Below, one piece after another: positions 1 through 14,949 of a stretch of 64,000 nucleotides of DNA (position 1 is its first letter; each line of letters begins with the position of its first letter). A program made the translations under genes and the position numbers. Source of the stretch: Eledone cirrhosa (taxonomy: Eukaryota); contig OZ024747.1 of assembly GCA_964016885.1 (NCBI GenBank), positions 40,672,001 through 40,736,000 of the forward strand, written 5' to 3'. The notes beneath the pieces are model-generated. The model did not search any database. It was not told the origin of the DNA and saw only the letters and a list, made by a program, of their open reading frames with translations.

Positions 1-40
<40 letters not shown>

Positions 41-45
<5 letters not shown>

Positions 46-247
46 AACGAGTAAGACCTCGACGGCTGAGCTCAAGCCGTTTCGACGGCTAATTCTGGAC
101 TAAATGATTTAGTCCAGAATTAGCCGTCGAAACGGCTTGAGCTCAGCCGTCGGGGTCTTACTCGTTCCTATTACCCACTCTACTACCCTAAGTATTGAGT
201 ACTCTGGTGCGTTATGGTCCACCTGGTTCCTTACCACATTTCCTTCG

Positions 248-248
<1 letters not shown>
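41..248. mobile_element. Fold-back element between (TA)n runs (family D; putative Penelope-like terminal fragment)
   Basis: Arms 41-105 and 107-171 are reverse complements (1 mismatch) around G106. The right arm continues about 77 bp to 248. A related copy lies in reverse orientation at 24855-24992. Confidence 0.7.
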
Positions 249-301
<53 letters not shown>

Positions 302-303
<2 letters not shown>

Positions 304-700
304 TAGCTGCACTACCCGGTTTACCTGTGAAAGGTGGGGTTATTCACAGTTCCCAGAGTGCGCCTGAAGATGCTAGCAACCCTGGGTGCCCATACTGGAT
401 TTTCAATAGCAACCTTTGCTAGGTGTGTCACAGGTACTCTAGTATATACCATTAAAACTCTGTGCTTGCTTGTCTGTAATGTAATACAGCCAAAAGGGTG
501 CATAATGGGAAAATACTTTGAAAGGAAGTTGACGCTGAAATGGGAACACAAATGGAATAAAACAAGTTTCACGTAAATCGGACCACGGGTTCTCAAGAAA
601 CAGGGGTTTTTCCAGGTACCTTCATAAATAGAGAGACAGAAGGATAGAGAGAAAGAGATAGTGGTTGTGAGAGAATAGATTGAAAGAAAGATATATATAG
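302..700 (+). mobile_element. Non-autonomous Helitron/Helentron-like repeat
   Basis: Starts ACTAGC..CCCGG. 302-425 recurs inverted at 2691-2818, and 437-690 recurs direct at about 2994-3240. Confidence 0.5.
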
Positions 701-967
701 AGAGAGAGAGATGGAGAAGGAGACGGAGAAGGAAAATGGAAGAGAGAGAGAGCTAGTGGTGTTGTTGAATGAAATTATAACCGGTGACTTCAAAGAAACA
801 AATACAGCATTACTGTATCCTGTAAAAATAGAAAGGGCTTCTAAGTGTGTGTGTGAATATATATACATATATATATGTGTGTGTGTGTGTGTGTGCGTGT
901 GTGTGTGTGCGTGTGTGTGTGTGACCAGTGTATATAGGTCACAGACACCCGCATATATATATATATA

Positions 968-1620
968 TCTCCTTATAATATATAACCAGCAATTTCTCTG
1001 TCTGTCCGACGCGTAGAAAGAGAGTGAGAGTGAAAGAAAGAGACAGACTACAAGAGGGGGATAGCGGGAGGGAGAGAGAGAGACGCTGGAAGAGGGGAAG
1101 GAAAGCTATGTCTTTCTGTCTGCATTACGATACATATATATATACACACACACACACTCAGCGCGTCATAATGACGTAATGCAGACAGCCAGACATACAG
1201 ACAGATATTATAAGGGCGCAACGTTATATCTATGTATCTATCTAAAAAGAAAGACTAAGAATTATATAGAGAGAACGCTAAATCGCCTAATGCGGTCCCT
1301 AGGGCATTGAAAATTTGAAATAACATTTGCTCAAAACACTCACAGGACCATAAGTATTACATGTCTAAAGTTTGAAAACAATCGGTTGGATGGTTCTCAA
1401 GTTTTAGTGAGCTGACAGACAGACAGACAGACATTCTCTGTTTTAGATATATAGACTAGCAGAAAACCGCCCCGAGGGTGGTTTTCTGTTAGTCTACTAT
1501 ATAAATGGCAATTTCTGTCTGTCTGTGTATAACCAATTGGCGCTTTCACCAGTGATACAATCCTGATGAAACCTTACACGCATGTTAAGCTAATATTCAG
1601 AAACAGGACTGGTTATTGGA
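968..1620. mobile_element. Cluster of Helentron-associated (HINE/DINE-like) element fragments
   Basis: AAGTTTGAA..AATCGG..(GACA)n..TATATAGA end at 1368-1455. TCTACTATATAAA..CTGTCTGTCTG start at about 1493 and a similar start at about 968. Hairpin at 1452-1496. Confidence 0.45.
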
Positions 1621-1875
1621 TTTCAATAAAAATGAATAATGGAACCCCTGGGGACATCTTTACAATGGAGGAGGAAAGAGAAGACGTTTCAGTGAGAGAG
1701 GGGGAATAGAAGATACTTCTACTGTATGTTAAACCCTCCCTCCCACTACTCCCCTTCCTCCTCCCACAACTCAGTCCTCAAAAACGAGGCAACAACTTAT
1801 TAGAAATATACATAAAGAAATTTCAAACAATGCAGACGACAATCTAATTTTGTTTGACGACTGAACAGATGTCTC

Positions 1876-1943
<68 letters not shown>

Positions 1944-2690
1944 ATCCACTGATATGGATTCTGAACACGTGCACACACTTAGGTTACATTAAGGTCAATT
2001 GCAGGAATCGGTGTTATGTTACAAAAAAGTGTCATGATCAATGACTGGGAAGTTGTCTTACCATGAGATTAGTCCGAAGAATAAAACCCAAATCGTATGT
2101 TAACGAATATTCGTACTTCCGGCATGTTAATTGTAACATGTCATCTTTGAGAGTAGAGTTTATTTCGTCGATAATTCGAGGTGTCGGATCGTGGGAAGAT
2201 TAACACGAATTAAGAAGATGTAACTTCTCTCCCATTATTGACACATTGAAACAGTGAACGCTGCAAGGCCCTCTTCAGGGCCAACACTTTTGATTGTTTA
2301 TCCGACTTATTATGGTGTGTTTTCTCAGGTTATATCTACTATAGGGGGAAAACAAGATGGTTTTATTGAATTGCTTCAGTCATTCGAAGACTTTACAAAC
2401 AGTGTTTGAACGATGATGATATACAGGTGTTTGAACAGTACCTGAATATGTTCACTCGGTTATAATTTCTTCAATAATAGCGATGACTTCCTCAATTGTT
2501 CTGTGTTTGTTCTTGAGTGCTAAGGCAGTACGTTTGCTATTCTTATACATGTTTGTTGAATAAGTTTGATACTCTTCGAGCTCAAACTTCCCCAGCTTAT
2601 TCACTCTGAATGATGAAAGCTGGATGGAAGAAGGACTTATGACTTAAACAACTATTGTTAGTTCCACACAAAAAAATGACCTGCCATAAA

Positions 2691-2815
2691 CACACCTAGT
2701 AAAGGTTGCTATTTAAAATCCAGTATGGGCACTCAGGGTGACTAGCATTTTCAGGCGCACTCTGGGAAATGTGAATAACCCCACCTTTCCCAGGTATTAC
2801 CGGGTTGTGCAGCTA

Positions 2816-2870
<55 letters not shown>

Positions 2871-3240
2871 AACACACATACACATATATATATGGAACTT
2901 CCAATTTCATTTTACATTATATACATGTCTGTGTATCATTTAATTATTTTAAAATCATTTTTAAGTGAATGTGACCCAACAGGTCACTGGTGGTCTAGTA
3001 TTCTACTAAAACTCTGTGCTTGCTTGTCTGTAATGTAATACAGCCAAAATGGCTCATAATGGGAAAATACTTTGAAAGGAAGTTGACCCTGAAATGCGAA
3101 TACAAATGGAATAAAACAAGTTTCATGTAAATCGGAGAATGGGTTCTCGAGATATGGGGTTTATCCGGGTACCTTCATAAACAGAGAGAGAGAAAGATGG
3201 AGAGAAAGAGATAGTGGTTGTGAGAGAGTAGAGTGAAATA
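2691..3240. repeat. Second, rearranged copy of the 302-700 repeat
   Basis: 2691-2818 is the reverse complement of 302-425; about 2994-3240 is a direct copy of 437-690. Confidence 0.7.
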
Positions 3241-3416
3241 TATATATATATATATATAGAGAGAGTATTATATATAGATATATCATTACCACCGTTTATC
3301 GTCTATGTTCCATGCTTGTTTGGGTTAGATGGCTGTCACGTGATGAGGCCTGACTAGACAGGCAACTAGGTCTTGCTCATACACTTTGTTTTCGCTTGGT
3401 TTCTTTTGCTGGGTGC

Positions 3417-3481
<65 letters not shown>

Positions 3482-3859
3482 ATATATATATATAATCACT
3501 CTAACCTCTTTGAAAGAAAGACTTTTTCTTACTTACACACACACACATATATTTTGTCGGATACTGTTCATTATATATTATCGTCGTGTTTTCTGTCAAA
3601 TAATGTAATCTCTTCCTTTTTCACCCCAACCCCATTTGCCTAATCTATGCATTTCATTTACAGATTCATCACCTTTCTCATCCCATAATTTCCTTTTCCC
3701 TTTTCCCATTGCTCTATCAAACTAGAAAAATTCCCTGTCTTTTCCACCATGCGGTTTTCGATTTTCACCTCCCCCAGGCCGTTCTTTGGGCCACCCTATC
3801 ATGCTATAAACACTTTCACTTCAATCCTGAATTTTCACGGATATGGTTCATTATTTATA

Positions 3860-4175
3860 CCGCCGAGGTTAACTTTGCCTTTCATCCTTATGGGGTCGAT
3901 AAAATAAAGTACCAGTCAAGCACTGGGGTCGATTTAATCGACTTTCCCTTCCCCCAAATTACTGGCCTTGTGCCTATATAAGAAACCAGGTGGATTGGCA
4001 GTATCGATAGAGGGTCGGACGCCATGCTTTCCAGCATAGTTACGTCCCTTTACGATCTGAGTTCAAATCCCGCCGAGGTTGACTTTGCCTTTCATTCTTA
4101 CGGGGTCGATAAAATAAAGTACCAGTAATGCACTGGGTAATTGCTGGCCTTGTGCCTAAAGTAGAAACAATTATT
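3860..4175 (+). mobile_element. Two tandem tRNA-derived SINE copies (Deu/Nin-like core)
   Basis: A-box TGGCAGTATCG, B-box GAGTTCAAATCCC, core GCCTTTCAT(C/T)CTTA(C/T)GGGGTCGATAAAATAAAGTACCAG. Many other copies occur in the window. Confidence 0.8.
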
Positions 4176-4589
4176 TATTATCATCATGTTCTCCGTCAAG
4201 TAATTTCATCTCTTCGTTTTGCTCCCAAGCCAAATGTTCTTCTTCTCTTTCCCCATCATTACCAAACTCCCCTGCCGCCTATGCCCTCTCATCACCATTA
4301 CCACATCAACCAATCATACCTCCGCAGTACAAACTAGCAACCAGCTAACTCAATCTTTTCCAAGGAAAGTTGTTGTTTTTTTATCTGATGTTTCTTTCTG
4401 TATGACTTATGGATTACTAAGTTGGAGCATTACCAACTGACAAATATGAACCCACCAACCACCTCTGGACGATCATGCAATAGCTCTTCTTTATTTCAGC
4501 CATGGAAAAAATCACCAACTCCCCACCACCACCACCATCGAGCCCTGCCTACCTCTCCCCCCCCCCCCCCCTCTCGCGAACTCCATAAC

Positions 4590-7500
4590 TTCAGACTTGG
4601 CACCATCAATGTTGGCACATGAAAGGTAGATCCGGAGAGATTGTAGAGATGCTTAAAGGAATGAAAGTCGATGTGTGCTGTGTACAAGACACTAGATGGA
4701 GAGGTATGTCAGCTAGATTCCCCGTAGGCAAAAAATGATGCTACAAAATTTTCTGGGTGGGAAATGATGATGGGCTGGGTGGAGTAGGGATTTTGGCAGC
4801 AGAAAAATGGGTAAACAAAGTTATTGCTGTAAATAGAGTAAATAACAGAATAATTAAACTTAGACTTGTACTAAACAGAACAACCATGACAATTATATCT
4901 GCCTACGCTCCTCAATCTGGACTTCCAGATATAAAAAAGACAGGTTCTACGAGTCCCTAATGCTTACTACCTCCCAAATTAATGACAACGACTTCCTACT
5001 CATTGCAGGTGACTTTAATGGACATGAGGAACAACTCTCTGATGGCTTTGATGGGATCCACGGGGGTTACGGGTACAGTCCTAGAAACTAGGAAGGCTAC
5101 TGGTATTATGTGACGTCAACGACATATCAATCTGTAACACGAACTTCAGGAAATGAGACAGCCACCTAATCACAAATAGATCAGGTGAACTCGCCAACCA
5201 AATTGATTTCTTTGTTACTAGAAGACGAGACAGAGTGACTGTTAGGAACACAAATTCCCTCCCCGGTGAAGAATGCACCTCCCAACATAACTTGGTAGTT
5301 AGCGACCTTATACTCAGGACTAGAAGAACCCGACAACTTACGCCTACCTGGAGGAGATGAGAATAGAAGTTAAAAGACCCATCAAACAGTGACAAATTTA
5401 GAAGTATGTTGACTGACGCCTTCGACAGCAAGGAAGAGCAAATAGAGACTTACGATATAGAGGAGCAGTGGGAGTTCCTGAAAGATGATCTACTGAAGGT
5501 GGCTGATGAAATCTGTGGGAGGAGTAGGTCTCTTGGGAGATGGAGAGTGACTTGGTGGTGGAATAGTAAAGTTGATGAGAAAATTAAGGCCAAAAGACAG
5601 GCTTGGATAGATTGGCGTAATGAGGGTTGCAGGGAAATTTACTATGAAAGATTACTGAATGAGGAGAATGCATGGGATAAAGACAGGCTGTCACATGTTG
5701 ACCCAACAGAGGGACCGGCTATACAAGTTAGCAGTAGTATAGTAAGTAAGGAAATCAAGGATATGAAGTCAGGCAGGGCAGCTGGCCCCTCTGGGATAGT
5801 TGCTGAGATGCTGAAAACCTCAGGTATTATGGGTCACACCATAGTCTCCCGCATTGTAAACCAAGTTATACAAAATGGTGTCGTACCCAATGACTGGTGT
5901 AGCAGCAGCATCGCAAACTGCTACAAGGGCAAAGGAGATGCTCTAGATAGAGAAAACTATAGAAGCATTAAGTTGGTTGACCAGGTTATGAAAGGTCTCT
6001 GAAAGAGTCTTAGCTCAGCTGATTAGAGAACGTGTTAACATGAGATGCAGTTTGGATTTGTCCCAAGTAAGAGTACTACAGATGCCCTCTTCTTTGTAAG
6101 ACAACTGCAGGAGAAGTACCTAGATAAGAGTAAGCCCCTCTACCTGGCTTTTGTCGACCTTGAGAAAGGTTTTGACAGAGTCATCCATTCCATTATCTGG
6201 TGGGCTCTTAGGAAACTAGGAGTTGGCGAATGGCTTGTGAGGGCAGTTCAAGCAATGTATAGAAGAACAGCCAGTCAAGTTAGAATTAACAATGACTATA
6301 GCAAAGAATTTAGCGTGCAGGTTGGTATCCATCAGGGGTCTGTTCTTAGCCCTCTTCTTTTTATCATCATTCTGCAGGCAATAACAGAGCAGTTTAAGAC
6401 CGGTTGCCCATAGGAGCTTCTGTATGCTGATGACCTAACCCTTATAGCCGAATCTATAGCTGAACAAGCGATGAAATTCCAAACCTGGAAGCAAGGCCTA
6501 GACGCGAAAGGTCTTAAAATCAACCTGGCAAAGACTAAAGCCCTAGTAAGTAGTAGGGATAACAGGGCACAGATCGCCTCTGGGAAATGGCCCTGCTCAG
6601 TGTGCAAAAAATGAGTAGGTAGAAATTCCATTCTATGTACCAAATGCAAACAATAGGTACACAAGAGATGTAGTGGGATCTCAGGCAGGCTAACAAAGAA
6701 TGTAGGTTTTACTTGTGGCAGGTGCACAGGGACAGTAAAAAGCAAGAACCCTCAGGATACAACCACTTTCAAATGTTCAGATGGCTCAGTTGAAGTGGTA
6801 GATAGTTTCCGTTACCTGGGTGACCAAATCAGTAGTGGGGGAGGGTGTTCCGAAAACACAGTAACCAGAGTGAGATCGGGTTGGAGAAAATCCAGGGAAC
6901 TACACCATTACTAACTACAATAGGTTTTTCTCTCAAAATGAAAGGCAGACTGTATGATGCATGTATACGAACAACAATGCTGCATGGCAACGAGACCTGG
7001 GCACTGTGTGTGGAGGACCTGCGAAGATTGGAAAGAAATGAAGCCTCCATGCTTCGCTGGGTGTGCAATAGCAATATACGTGAATGGCAAAGTATAAATA
7101 TACTGCGTGAGAAATTAGGCTTAAGAGGGATCAGTTGTTGCATGCAGGAGAGGAGATTGCATTGGTATGGACATGTAATGCTCATGAAGGATGACAGCTG
7201 TATAATAAGGTGCAGAGCACTGAAAGTTGATGGTAGCCATGGTGTGGACAGGCCTGGGAAGACTTGGGATGAGGTAATAAAAGCTGACCTTGCACAATTA
7301 CACCTCTCAAAGGCAATGATTCAGGACTACGACCTCTGGCACTATGTAGTTTTAAGGAAGACCCGCCTTCTATTGTTCTTGGAATGAGGCTTATACCTAA
7401 TAGGCAACACCTTCCTCAACCTGTTATCCCCTCTCATTCACCTCCCTTAGTGAGTTATAACCATATCTTCCCTACTACCCTGTTCACATTTTCCCCCAAG

Positions 7501-7830
7501 CCCCTCCACCCTCCTTAGTCCCAAGACAAAAGTGCCCAGCCTCTACTGTGTTGTTTTGGTGACACAACAAAGGTGCCCAGTCCACACTGTAAAGAACACT
7601 CAGCCCACACTGTAAAGTGATTGTGTAGGTGTCACAACAAAAGTATCCAGCACACACTGTAAATATGGTTGGCATTAGGAAGGGCATCCAGCCATAGAAA
7701 ACCAGCCAGAAACTCTCCTATATGAACGAGACATGGTCACCCAACCCAACTTGCCTCTAAATGGGACAAACCCATCTAACCCATGCTAGCGTGGAAGATA
7801 GACATTAATCAACAATGATGATGAGGATGA
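4590..7830 (+). mobile_element. Degenerate RTE-clade LINE (APE endonuclease + RT with embedded PHD finger), (GAT)n tail
   Basis: APE motifs LGTINVGT, VDVCCVQ, ISAYAPQ, AGDFNGH. RT motifs QFGF, AFVDLEKGFD, GIHQGSVLSPLLF, YADD (about 6423), FRYLG. C-terminal RRLHWYGHV. Multiple stops and frameshifts. The 3' end has CCCATGCTAGCGTGGAAG followed by GAT repeats. Confidence 0.92.
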
Positions 7831-7839
7831 TATATATAC

Positions 7840-8235
7840 CCAGATAGTAAACCAAGTAATACAGAATGGGGTCATACCAAATGACTGGTGTAGCAGCAGC
7901 ATCGTCAACTGTTACAAGGGCAAAGGAAATGCCCTGAATAGAGGAAACTATAGAGGCATTAATTTAGTTGACCAAGTGATGAAAGTCACAGAAAGAGTTA
8001 TTACTCAACTGATTAGGGACCGAATTTATCTAGATGAAATGCAGTTTGGGTTTGTGCCAGGTAAAAGCACCATGGATGCTCTTTTCCTTGAATGGCAACT
8101 ACAAGAGAAGTACCTAGCTAAAAGTAAACCCCTCTACTTAGCTTTTGTTGACTTTGACAGAGTCCACGGACCTTAATCTGGTGGGCTCTTAGAAAACTAG
8201 GTGTAGATGAATGGCTTGTGAGAGCTATATAAGCT
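7840..8235 (+). pseudogene. Second RTE RT fragment
   Basis: ORF 7976-8176 (MQFGFVPGKST..LQEKYLAKSKPLYLAFVD) is paralogous to 5850-6250. Confidence 0.85.
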
Positions 8236-8307
8236 GTTATTTTTATTTAAAGACATTTTTTCCAATTCCACCCCGCCCGTCCATTCAAACTATCTAATTT
8301 CTCATTC

Positions 8308-8346
8308 TTTTTTCTGATGAAGGACTAGCATCCGAAATGTTAAGAC
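8308..8346 (+). ncRNA. Minimal type I hammerhead ribozyme-like motif (degenerate)
   Basis: tttt-CTGATGA-a-gga ctagca tcc-GAAA-tg-TT-aaga. Stem II is gga/tcc; stem III is probably ACGT with a C>T change. Confidence 0.55.
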
Positions 8347-8407
8347 CCTCTTCCTGCTATTTCAAATGTTAACTGATTGTGTTGTTATTTCTGTTTACCT
8401 TTTACAT

Positions 8408-8450
<43 letters not shown>

Positions 8451-8455
<5 letters not shown>

Positions 8456-8647
8456 TTTCTGAATTTGTTTAGCAAGATTCTTTATCTGAAAACCGTGTGT
8501 TGAAACCGATATTGTTATGCTTTGGGAGGGTCATGTTGCCAATAAGAAACACACGCACCAGTTGCTTTCACTCAAATTTATAATAAATTGGAGTGAAAGC
8601 AACTGGTGCATGTGTTTCTTATTGGCAACATGACCCTCCCAAAGCAT

Positions 8648-8653
<6 letters not shown>
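8451..8653. mobile_element. Family B Penelope-like terminal fold-back
   Basis: Arms 8511-8581 and 8583-8653 are inverted (2 mismatches). A 60-bp tail 8451-8510 is on one side only. Both flanks are (TA)n. Same family at 22712, 49991 and 51919. Confidence 0.8.
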
Positions 8654-8682
<29 letters not shown>

Positions 8683-10821
8683 ACCTCCCTAGTGATAGTG
8701 TAACAATAGAATACACATGCTGTATTCTGTAGGGAGAGAAAGTGTATATGAGCAAGATGCAGCCACGGGTCAGTTCGAGAGGTCAGGTGCTTTGATCAAG
8801 TACTCATTTGGTCTGATAAATGATGATGGTGATATATATATATATATGTATGTATATATATATATATATTTATGTTAACGTATGTTGATGCCCTAAGGAC
8901 AGACACTGGTCTGTTGGAGATGCAGGACATGGCAGCGATAAGGAGGGACAGAGACCGCTGGAGAGAACTCGTCCATGGATCTCGGGAATTTTACCCGCCC
9001 TAGAAAAAAAAATATATTTATTAAAATAACAGATTAAAGTTTAAGCAAAGAATCGCTGCTTTAGTCTTCAAATTTATTATTATTACTATATGTATATATA
9101 TATGTATATATTATATTATATCATATTATATTATTTATTTATGTCCAGACATGGAACAAAAGCAAGAGAGATGAAGAGAGAGAGAGAGAGAGTGGAAGAA
9201 TGATAAGAGATATGGTAAATGATAAGAGAGAGAGAGGGTGTGAGGCATAACATTGGCAGATATACTGAAATTTGGCATGAATGTAAGCAACAAGAAATCA
9301 ATTTAGCTACATTGTCAGTATTTATTTGACAGACGGAGAGAACCAGCTTCTATTATAACAGATTAAAAGGCTTTCATAAGAACCATGACTGTTGTAATAT
9401 GAATGCAATGTAAATTTTGTGAAATTGATTTCAGGATTCTGTTTGCTAAATTTCATAAAAGAACTGGCTAACATTGTTAACTGGTGTAAGTCTTAAATAA
9501 TTGCTTGTAAGTTATTGGAGAGGGTTTTCTAAAGAACCGTTAACAGTTTCTTCCAATGAGTTGATTACAGTATCTTTAAATCATATCAGCAAAACTTAAA
9601 CATTCACTTAACTATCTGACTAAGCAATAAGAAAGGCAAAGAAAGATTTTCTTTTGTTTGTTTTATTTTTGTTGATATACACTGTAAACATATATTCTTT
9701 TAATGTGTTTGTTTAAATTCCAAAATATATGATTTATTCTTTGAGAAAACATGTAGGCTAAAAATATAATTATTTTCTCTAGAATAGAAAGTTAATTGAC
9801 AATATTATTATTTCATAATGAAGCAACAGTATGTTGGCAGCTGGGCATAAACTTGTTTTCTTTCAATGGTTTATGATCATTCAATCAATTGAAAGACTTG
9901 TACAATGATAAAAACCAATTGAGGAGTATTTTAATATGATAGTTTCACATGCAATAAATTATTATTTTAATAATTATCATACATATCTGTGGTTTAACAT
10001 ACACACACACGATAAAATTATATCAGTATTTATATAGAATAGAAGTAAGAAAGACTGTGTAAATGTGTATATAAATTTACACATTTTTAGTATACAGACA
10101 TGTAAACATGCTAAATATACGTATTTCCCTGTAGATTAATAAATGATAAACAATTCTAACTAATCGGGATTTATATCAGAAAATATTTATATCATCTAAA
10201 CCACAAGGAAATACACAATCAAGGGGTTTATATACCATATTACTTATCATGAAATTGACATAATAATCCAGTCTAACCTATGCTAGTGTGGAAAATGAAC
10301 GACGACGGCGACGACGACGATGACGATGATGAAGATGATGATGAATTTGCATTTTATTAGCTACATTTGATGTTGTAGCTAATAACTTAATATATATGAT
10401 ATATATATATTAAGTTATGCACCTAGCAACTGAAGTATATATAAATTTACATATTTTTAGCATTTAGATATGTAAACATACTAAATATATGTAGTTACCT
10501 GTAAATCGAAAAAATGTTAAACACCTAACTTTATCATATACTTCAGCTGCATAATGCATAGATGATCACAATAGATTTTTAACTCAGAGCCTGTAGAGCC
10601 AGAATAAATAACACAAAGCATTCTATCCAACATTCTAATGATTCTGACAATTCATTGATTCTTTCTGGTATTGTATACATAAAAATGTAATGTTTTTACA
10701 TAAATATTTGTATTTCATATCCAACTGAAACAACTAAACTAATATTTTCACTCCTGCACTAGATTTTCCTAGACAATTTTCACTATGTACATAATATAAA
10801 AATGAAGTAGTGTATCCTTAC

Positions 10822-10859
10822 CTTCGAAGGAGTCTTGCTGAGACCGCTATGCGGACCAA
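10822..10859 (-). CDS. Candidate 38-nt host-gene microexon
   Basis: Minus strand reads ttttttatattttcag|TTGGTCCGCATAGCGGTCTCAGCAAGACTCCTTCGAAG|gtaagg. It is a GC-richer island in AT-rich unique DNA. Open frames: xGPHSGLSKTPSK or LVRIAVSARLLR. Confidence 0.5.
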
Positions 10860-12507
10860 CTGAAAATATAAAAAATATATAATGAATATTAGAATGTGTG
10901 TTCAAAATAACATAATATTTAAACAAACATTAACTGAATGAGCATTCAATACTTGTGGGTAGAGTGTATAATGAATTTCTAAAGTAGAAATGTGGCAATG
11001 ACTTCAGAGTTTTCACTTCGTTGCCTCCTCTGGATATATCATGGGGTATGGTTGGAGTTTGTTTAAATAGGCTTATGTAGTTCTGAGGCCACCATATGAT
11101 GCAGCCAGATGAAAAGGCATGTTGAAACTATAGAATGGATAACAATTTGACATTAAGTCATAATTAGTTTACTAGTCATGCCAAAATATGTGAATATACA
11201 TATGAAGAATAAGCATTTGATGTGAATGTTCTGAGGATTCACAATGCTAAACTGCATAAATGAATGACTGCACACATGTAAGTTGAGAAGATGACTACAT
11301 CAATATATTCAAGGGAGATAACTGTGCTAGTAAGGCATTTGCCAATTTGTCTTTCCTGCCCATAAAGTCACAACAATAAAACAGATATATTTGTATAGTA
11401 AGAGTTAAATTAGCTTCTGATTGATCATCCTTTCTTCTGCTAACTTTTGGTAATATATATCAATTTAAATTTGGTATGGACATATGATTTAAAAGTGCTG
11501 TGTGTTAAAATGTGCTGTTGCTGAAAGATACCTATGGATAATGATATTAAAAACAATGAATAGGATGAAGTAAAATCTGTCCAGCAATCCTTTCCTGATA
11601 CATTCCAGCCACAAGTCCATAATATCGAAGCTGTGATCTATCTGGAGCAACTCTCTCATGAGTAATGTTACTCCAAAGACACTTCAAAGGAACCCATTTC
11701 AGCAACTTGTATTCACAATCGTATTCTATTGGTCATTACCTAAGATGCATGATTTACTGACAAAACCAACCAGTAGGAGATCCAGGGGGTAAACCCCAAG
11801 TAAGATTATTGGATAACATCCACGAGTTTGGCTGATCTCACTTAGGGATCCAGCCAAATCAATTTGAGATAGTTGCCTCTGACAGGATTCTCTGGAAAGC
11901 ATGCTTGAGGTCTCGCAACCCAACGGCCATCCCAGGAATGTGGAAAAAGAAGAAGAAGAAATGATGAAGTAGTGAGGAGAGAGAAATAAAGAACAATAAA
12001 GATAGAAAATTTACTTAGATAATTATAAAAATTAAATGAGCTATATCTATATATTCATGTAATCAAACAAAAACGCAATCAAATATACACCATGGTAGAT
12101 ACAGACATTTAATCATTTAAAGTCTTGTATTTACACTTATGTAATGTTCAAAAACTGTAGAGCTCAACTTTGCCTTTCATCCTTCCGGGGTGGGTAAGAT
12201 GGAGTACCACTAATCTCAAACACATTTTTTATCAGTCAAAAGAAACTGTGGTTACAAAATGAAATTTTTATGCACATAGTTATGGGCGCACCTATAATAT
12301 ATATATTTATTATTACTGTTTTGTACATTCACATAAAATAAATGTCTCTAAAATTTAGATAAATAAGTTGAAGCACATTCCCTCAAATGTAAACCATATG
12401 ATCAAAAGGCGGAAACCATTCTGCTTTTATGACACAATATATAATACTTTTGAAGGCAAACTTACTAATGCATGTCATTTAATACTGACACGCATTACTA
12501 TATAAAG

Positions 12508-12697
12508 GGCGGTGGATTGGCAGTATCGGTTGAGGGTCGGATGCCATGCTTTGACGCATAGAGTTATGGCCCTTGCCATTGTGAGTTCAAATACAGCCGA
12601 GGTTAACTTTGCCTTTCATCCTTACGGGGTCGATAAAATAAAGTACCAGTAATGCACTGGATAATTGCTGGCTTTCTGCCAAAAGTAGAAACAATTA
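12508..12697 (+). mobile_element. Full-length tRNA-derived SINE
   Basis: GGCGGTGGATTGGCAGTATCGG head, GAGTTCAAAT B-box, same core and tail as 3989-4175. Confidence 0.85.
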
Positions 12698-12809
12698 CTA
12701 TATATGGGAACGAATGGGAACGATCGACTTTCGTCGAATCGGACCGAGGGAACAATGTTTCCGTTGGTCTTTCCAATTGCTAATACTATCTATCGGTCGC
12801 AACTCCAGG

Positions 12810-12932
12810 TAGAAGGAGCAACGTGAAATAAAGTGTCTTGCTCAAGGACATAACGCATCGCCTGGTCCAGGAATCGAACTCACAACCTTACGATTGCGAA
12901 TCAAATTCTCTAACCACTCCGCCACACGCCTT
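12810..12932 (-). mobile_element. Second tRNA-derived SINE family (CORE-like body)
   Basis: Minus strand: GGCGTGTGGCGGAGTGGTTAG A-box, GAGTTCGATTCC B-box, then TCCTTGAGCAAGACACTT. Partial copies at about 25230-25280 and 31440-31530. Confidence 0.7.
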
Positions 12933-13027
12933 ACTATATATATAAATGTATATATATACATGTATATATATATATATGTGTATGTATGTATATATATATA
13001 TATATATGCATGTGTATGCATGTATAT

Positions 13028-14935
<1,908 letters not shown>

Positions 14936-14949
14936 CATGTATATATATC

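Noticed and set aside
2262-2282. CTGAAGAG on minus strand as a hammerhead
   Set aside because: No stem II closure or GAAA at a suitable distance.
3989-4075. tRNA gene (A and B boxes)
   Set aside because: It is the head of a multi-copy SINE, always followed by the same core; no full cloverleaf was evident.
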